Positions 27,899 through 32,000 of a stretch of 32,000 nucleotides of DNA are shown piece by piece. A program made the translations under genes and the position numbers. Origin of the DNA: Pseudomonas aeruginosa. GTDB lineage: Bacteria > Pseudomonadota > Gammaproteobacteria > Pseudomonadales > Pseudomonadaceae. The notes beneath the pieces are model-generated. The model did not search any database. It saw only the letters and a program-made list of their open reading frames with translations, and was not told where the DNA came from. How positions within the stretch are numbered: position 1 is the first letter of the stretch; each line of letters begins with the position of its first letter. The stretch covers positions 5,790,001 through 5,822,000 of the forward strand of contig NZ_LN831024.1 in the NCBI RefSeq assembly GCF_001457615.1. The letters are read 5' to 3'.

Positions 27899-30147
27899 AT
27901 GCCGCCGTCCGCCGGCGTGCCCTGCTCGTCCGGTTCCGCGGATTTCGCCTTGGGCGCCCGGCTCAACTGTACGTTGAGACGCGGCATGGACAGTTCAAGG
28001 CCGGCCTGGTCGAGGCGCCGACGCAGGCGCAGGTTGAACGCCCGCTGGACCTCCCACTGCTTGATCGGCGCGGTCTTGAAGCGGAAGCGCAGGATCGCCT
28101 GGCCGTTGTCGAAACTCTCCACGCCCTGCAATTCCATCGGCGACCACAGGTTGCGGTAGACCGCCGGGTCGCTGCGCAGCTCCATCGCGACCTCGCGCAC
28201 CAGCGCCACCGCGTCGTCGATCGGCATGCTCGCCGGCACCGGCCAGCGGAACATCGCGTAGCCGAACTGGCGCGAGTAGTTCTTGATGCTCTTGATCTCG
28301 CTGAACGGGATGGTATGCACCACGCCGTCCAGGTCGCGCAGGCGCACGGTACGGATAGTCAGGCCCTCGACCGTGCCAAGGTGGCCGCCGACGTCGACGT
28401 AGTCGTCGATCGACAGCGAGTCCTCGATGATGATGAACAGGCCGGTGATCAGGTCCGCCACCAGCGACTGCGCACCGAAGCCGATGGCCAGGCCGATCAC
28501 GCCGGCACCGGCCAGCAGCGGGGTGACGTTCATGCCCATGTTGGCCAGGGCGACGATCAGGGCGATCACCGCGATGGTGGCGAACAGCACGTTGCGGATC
28601 AGCGGCAGCATGGTCAGCGCGCGGGTGTTCGGCCGGCTCTTGCCGCCCAGGCCGAGGCTGTGCTGGATCGCGGTATCGGTGAGGATCCAGATCAGCCAGG
28701 CGACCAGCAGGGTGGTGCCGAAGCTGACTACCTTCATGCTGATCTGCTCGCCCTCGCCTTCCGCATAGCGAATCAGCGACATGCCCCAGACGCGCAAGGC
28801 GACCTCGATGAAGAACAGCACCACGAAGATGTGCAGCAGGGTGTAGCCGAAGCTCTGCAACTGCTCGATGTACGGCGCGCTGCGGCGCGGGCCGGCGCCG
28901 ACCCGACTGGAACGGCGGCGGATCAGCCCGATCACGGTCATCGCCACCACCGCCAGCACCGCGCAGACCAGCGCCCGGCGCAACGCCGAACTGCTGTCGC
29001 CGGCGGAAACGAAGGTGGCGAACAGGGAAATCCCCACCAGCACCAGCACCGGCACGAACCACAGCGAGCCGACCAGTTGCACCAGGTCGTGCAGGCTACG
29101 GCGCTTGAGGCGGCGCTCCAGCGGCTGGTTGCGGATCAGGTGGGCGATCGGCCGGCGGAAACGCATCACGAACAAGGCGGTGAACAGCGCGGCGCTGGCG
29201 TTGGCCAGGGTACTCAGGCAGATCGAGGTGTGCTCGCCGAGGCCGGCGATCAGCCGCGGATCGTGGGCGACCTCGCCCAGCGCGGCGAGGCTGCCGATCA
29301 GCCACAACGGGCGGAACGCCTGGCGCCGCAGGATATCCAGGGCGCGCTGGCGGTGCGGGCCGCTGAGCAGCGAGAGGGAAATCACGCACAGCGCGGAGAA
29401 CAGCGTGCCGCAGACCAGCACATAGGCCATGACCATCGCCAGGGTCTTGCTCAGGGAGTCCGGCAGCACCACCGACAGGTACAGGGTGATGAGGAAGGCC
29501 ACCAGCCAGGGGCCCAGCTTGCGCAGGGAAAACAGCAGCAGGTCGCGGGTCTTCGGATGCTGCGGCAACTCCGCCGACAGGCCGAAGCGCTCGCGCATGC
29601 GCCGGCTGAGCCAGAGCAGCGCGCTGGCCAGGCAGGCCCAGAGGAGGATCACCACCGAAAAATCGAAGACCATCGCCGGCAGGTCGCGCCAGCTGGGAAA
29701 GCGCTCCTCGAGTTCGGCACGCGCCAGCTGGAACTGGTTGCCCCATAACGCAACCGGGCTGTTCGCGCCCTGGAACTGCTTTTCCAGGCTGGTCAGGGTA
29801 TCGCCGATCAGCCCCAGCACCCCACCCTCGCTTTCCTTGCCTTTCTTGGTCACGTCGCGCAGCTGTTTCAGCTTTTTCAGCAGGTCGGCGCGCTGCCTGT
29901 CGTTCTCCAGGGTCTGGATGACCTGGTTCAGCGATTGTTCCAACTGCGCATCGCTGACCTTCTCGCCACCGGAGGAACTCCCCGCCAACGGGTTCGGCAG
30001 CGCCGCGGCGCCCGGCGGCGAGTAGAACAGAGCGGCGCAGAGGCACAGCAGCAGGGCCGCCAGGACGCGGGAGCGAAGGGTGAAGCGGGCGATGATCGGC
30101 ACGAGAAAGGCAGTCCCCAAGGTGAGAAACCGAAACAGCCGCATCAT
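27895..30147 (-). CDS. MscS-family mechanosensitive ion channel
   Basis: ~750 aa from MMRLFRFLTLGTAFLVP; MscS core AGVIGLAIGFGAQSLVADLITGLFIIIEDSLSIDDYVDVGGHLGTVEGLTIRTVRLRDLDGVVHTIPFSEI. Confidence 0.9.
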   Translation of the reverse strand: MMRLFRFLTLGTAFLVPIIARFTLRSRVLAALLLCLCAALFYSPPGAAALPNPLAGSSSGGEKVSDAQLEQSLNQVIQTLENDRQRADLLKKLKQLRDVTKKGKESEGGVLGLIGDTLTSLEKQFQGANSPVALWGNQFQLARAELEERFPSWRDLPAMVFDFSVVILLWACLASALLWLSRRMRERFGLSAELPQHPKTRDLLLFSLRKLGPWLVAFLITLYLSVVLPDSLSKTLAMVMAYVLVCGTLFSALCVISLSLLSGPHRQRALDILRRQAFRPLWLIGSLAALGEVAHDPRLIAGLGEHTSICLSTLANASAALFTALFVMRFRRPIAHLIRNQPLERRLKRRSLHDLVQLVGSLWFVPVLVLVGISLFATFVSAGDSSSALRRALVCAVLAVVAMTVIGLIRRRSSRVGAGPRRSAPYIEQLQSFGYTLLHIFVVLFFIEVALRVWGMSLIRYAEGEGEQISMKVVSFGTTLLVAWLIWILTDTAIQHSLGLGGKSRPNTRALTMLPLIRNVLFATIAVIALIVALANMGMNVTPLLAGAGVIGLAIGFGAQSLVADLITGLFIIIEDSLSIDDYVDVGGHLGTVEGLTIRTVRLRDLDGVVHTIPFSEIKSIKNYSRQFGYAMFRWPVPASMPIDDAVALVREVAMELRSDPAVYRNLWSPMELQGVESFDNGQAILRFRFKTAPIKQWEVQRAFNLRLRRRLDQAGLELSMPRLNVQLSRAPKAKSAEPDEQGTPADGGI

Positions 30148-30389
30148 ACAAGCCGGACACCCGCCGTTTCGAACGGGGCCGCCGGCCGGCGGCGCAAGCA
30201 CAGACACTCTGGCGCAACGAGGGTTCGCCCCGCCAGTGCCGGCTGAGACGAACGCAGCCGCGCGGCGGGGCACAGCGACCGCCAACGTGCCCCAGCGCAC
30301 ACCTTCGAATACCCGCATGCCGCACAATGCACGGCTTGCCAGCGCGCCGATGCGGTGCAACGCTTGGCAGGTTCACCCGGAGACCGTCC

Positions 30390-30911
30390 ATGCGCCTGAT
30401 CACCAGCTGCCTGCTCCTGGCCGCCGCCCTGCCGGCCATGGCGCAGATCTACCAATACACCGACGCCAACGGCAACAAGGTATTCACCAACCAGCCGCCA
30501 GACGGGGTGCAGGCGCAGACCGTCGAACTGCAGCCGACCAATACCGTAGGAATCGACACGCCGGAAAAGTCCTCCGCGGGCAATGCCCCGGCCGCCGATA
30601 GCGAGGCCGCCGCCTACGAGATCCTTGCCCTCAGCGACCTCCCCACGGAAGAGGCGCTGCGCGCCAACAACGGCACCTTCAACGTCAGCGTCAGCATCCG
30701 CCCGGCCCTGCACAGCGGCCACCAGTTGCAACTGGTGCTGGACGGCAAACCCTACGGCACGCCCAGCAGCGGCACCCGCTTCACCCTGCACGAGATCGAC
30801 CGCGGCGACCACAGCCTCGCGGTACAGGTACTCAACGGCGAACGGGTGCTGCAATCCAGCCCGCCGGTGACCTTCACCGTGCAGCGCGTGCACCTCGGGA
30901 AGAAGCGATGA
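30390..30911 (+). CDS. DUF4124 domain-containing exported protein (paralog 1)
   Basis: MRLITSCLLLAAALPAMAQIYQYTDANGNKVFTNQPPDG..., signal peptide and DUF4124-type motif. Confidence 0.8.
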   Translation: MRLITSCLLLAAALPAMAQIYQYTDANGNKVFTNQPPDGVQAQTVELQPTNTVGIDTPEKSSAGNAPAADSEAAAYEILALSDLPTEEALRANNGTFNVSVSIRPALHSGHQLQLVLDGKPYGTPSSGTRFTLHEIDRGDHSLAVQVLNGERVLQSSPPVTFTVQRVHLGKKR

Positions 30912-31480
30912 TCCCGCGCATTCTCGGCGCCCTCCTGCTGTGCCTGGCCTGCGCCGCGCAAGCGGGGGTCTACACCTACATCGACGCCGAGGGCAACCGC
31001 GTCTACACCGACCAGCCGCCCAGCGGGCGCAAGGCCCAACGCGTCGAACTGGCGCCGGGCAACAGCGTGGCGCCGCCGGGCATACGCTATCGTCCGCCCG
31101 CCGCGCCGCTGGAGGTGAAGCCGCCGGCCTACCAGCTACTGCGCATCCTCTTCCCCGAACCGGACGCAACCCTGCGCGCCAACAGCGGCGACGTCATCGT
31201 CACCGTCACCAGCGAGCCGGCGCTGCTGCCCGGCCATCGCTATCGCCTGCTGCTCGACGGCAAGCCTGCCGGAGTGCCGGGACGCAGCCCGGTGTTCCCG
31301 TTGAAGAACCTCGATCGCGGCACCCACCAGGTCGCAGTGGAAATCATCGATGGCGACGGCATGACCGTCGAAAGCACCCCGAGCCAGCCCTTCCACCTGC
31401 ATCGAGTGAGCATCGCCGGGCAACCCCTGCCGGAGGTCGATACGCCGCTGGTCAGCGCGATAGAGCCAAGCGAGCGCTAG
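30908..31480 (+). CDS. DUF4124 domain-containing exported protein (paralog 2)
   Basis: MIPRILGALLLCLACAAQAGVYTYIDAEGNRVYTDQPPSG...; ATGA overlap with the upstream paralog. Confidence 0.8.
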   Translation: MIPRILGALLLCLACAAQAGVYTYIDAEGNRVYTDQPPSGRKAQRVELAPGNSVAPPGIRYRPPAAPLEVKPPAYQLLRILFPEPDATLRANSGDVIVTVTSEPALLPGHRYRLLLDGKPAGVPGRSPVFPLKNLDRGTHQVAVEIIDGDGMTVESTPSQPFHLHRVSIAGQPLPEVDTPLVSAIEPSER

Positions 31481-31488
31481 CCGAACTT

Positions 31489-31519
31489 CCCCTGCCCACT
31501 CCACGGTGGGCGGGATTTT
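31489..31519 (+). terminator. Possible weak terminator after the DUF4124 pair
   Basis: CCCCTGCCCAC-TCCACG-GTGGGCGGG followed by ATTTTCC. Confidence 0.5.
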
Positions 31520-31568
31520 CCGGTTTATTTCCCGATTCTCCTGGCGAAAACGCCGCCGGCCACGCCAA

Positions 31569-31585
31569 CGCACCAGATTGGTGCG
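31569..31585. promoter_or_regulatory. NtrC-like operator upstream of ntrB
   Basis: CGCACCAGATTGGTGCG, perfect GCACCA-N3-TGGTGC core, ~20 bp upstream of a TATACT -10-like element (31604-31609). Confidence 0.75.
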
Positions 31586-31750
31586 ATTACCCGCACCACT
31601 TTCTATACTGTCCCCATTTCGGGTCACCGCTCGTCGCCGAAAACCTTCCCGGCGCACCTCTAGCCAGCGCCTCGGCAGAAAAAACGCGCCTTTTCGGCGC
31701 CTGGTTTGCTTTTTGCATTTTCCTGCCCAACCTTGGAACAGCTGCCCGCC

Positions 31751-32000
31751 ATGCCGACCGATACCCTGCACCGACTGCTGCTCGACAACCTGACCACCGC
31801 GGTGATCCTGCTCAACGGCGAATTGCGCCTGGAGTACATGAACCCGGCGGCGGAGATGCTCCTGGCCGTGAGCGGCCAGCGCAGCCACGGGCAATTCATC
31901 AGCGAGCTGTTCACCGAATCGCCGGAAGCCTTGAACTCGCTGCGCCAGGCGGTGGAACAGGCGCATCCGTTCACCAAGCGCGAAGCGACCCTGACCTCGA
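31751..32000 (+). CDS. ntrB: Nitrogen regulation sensor kinase NtrB, N-terminal PAS part (runs off window)
   Basis: MPTDTLHRLLLDNLTTAVILLNGELRLEYMNPAAEMLLAVSGQRSHG..., NtrB-type PAS start; downstream of glnA. Confidence 0.92.
   Translation, partial: MPTDTLHRLLLDNLTTAVILLNGELRLEYMNPAAEMLLAVSGQRSHGQFISELFTESPEALNSLRQAVEQAHPFTKREATLTS

Noticed and set aside
27379-29748. 789-aa plus-strand ORF overlapping the repeat protein and the MscS-type gene
   Set aside because: The frame reads through two genes with better evidence (signal peptide/Cys repeats and an MscS core); its apparent repeats (RHPRRHRQPRHAPP) are the same DNA repeats read out of frame.
1-32000. Defence system, prophage, toxin-antitoxin, integron or biosynthetic cluster
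   Set aside because: No nuclease, helicase, reverse transcriptase, recombinase, capsid, TA-pair or NRPS/PKS-like protein was recognised in the six-frame translations; all large genes fit core metabolism, envelope or regulation.

Overview
This 32 kb window has a Pseudomonas aeruginosa-like core chromosomal gene order, running from the hut (histidine utilisation) locus to glnA/ntrB. The species call is my recognition from memory, not a database match. In order it holds: partial hutH, NCS1-type transporter, hutU, a three-gene insert (PhnD-like binding protein, fatty-acid-desaturase-like protein, glycine-betaine-type binding protein), hutD, hutC, divergent hutF, lipocalin (blc) plus small lipoprotein, DUF924, fbp, glyoxalase-like protein, estA autotransporter esterase, a DUF3999/DUF2339 pair, a SAM methyltransferase divergent from a MerR-type regulator, typA/bipA, thiI, glnA, a Cys-rich repeat protein, an MscS-type channel, two tandem DUF4124-type proteins, and the start of ntrB. 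I see no mobile element, CRISPR array, phage, tRNA or rRNA. The strongest observations are: (1) hutF is split by an apparent 1-nt deletion near 9792/9793; (2) the MerR-family gene at 21664 appears to have lost its dimerisation-helix segment and frame; (3) a textbook 19-bp-spacer, SoxR-box-like MerR promoter faces the methyltransferase; (4) hutU has a sigma-54/IHF/HutC-operator layout; (5) NtrC sites lie upstream of both glnA and ntrB; (6) a secreted protein is built almost entirely of five ~23-aa C...DI..RD.RR.C repeats; (7) the desaturase operon in the hut locus carries two orphan binding proteins, one lacking a signal peptide. I found no convincing entirely new multi-gene system. The desaturase/binding-protein trio and the Cys-repeat protein are the best candidates for undescribed function.
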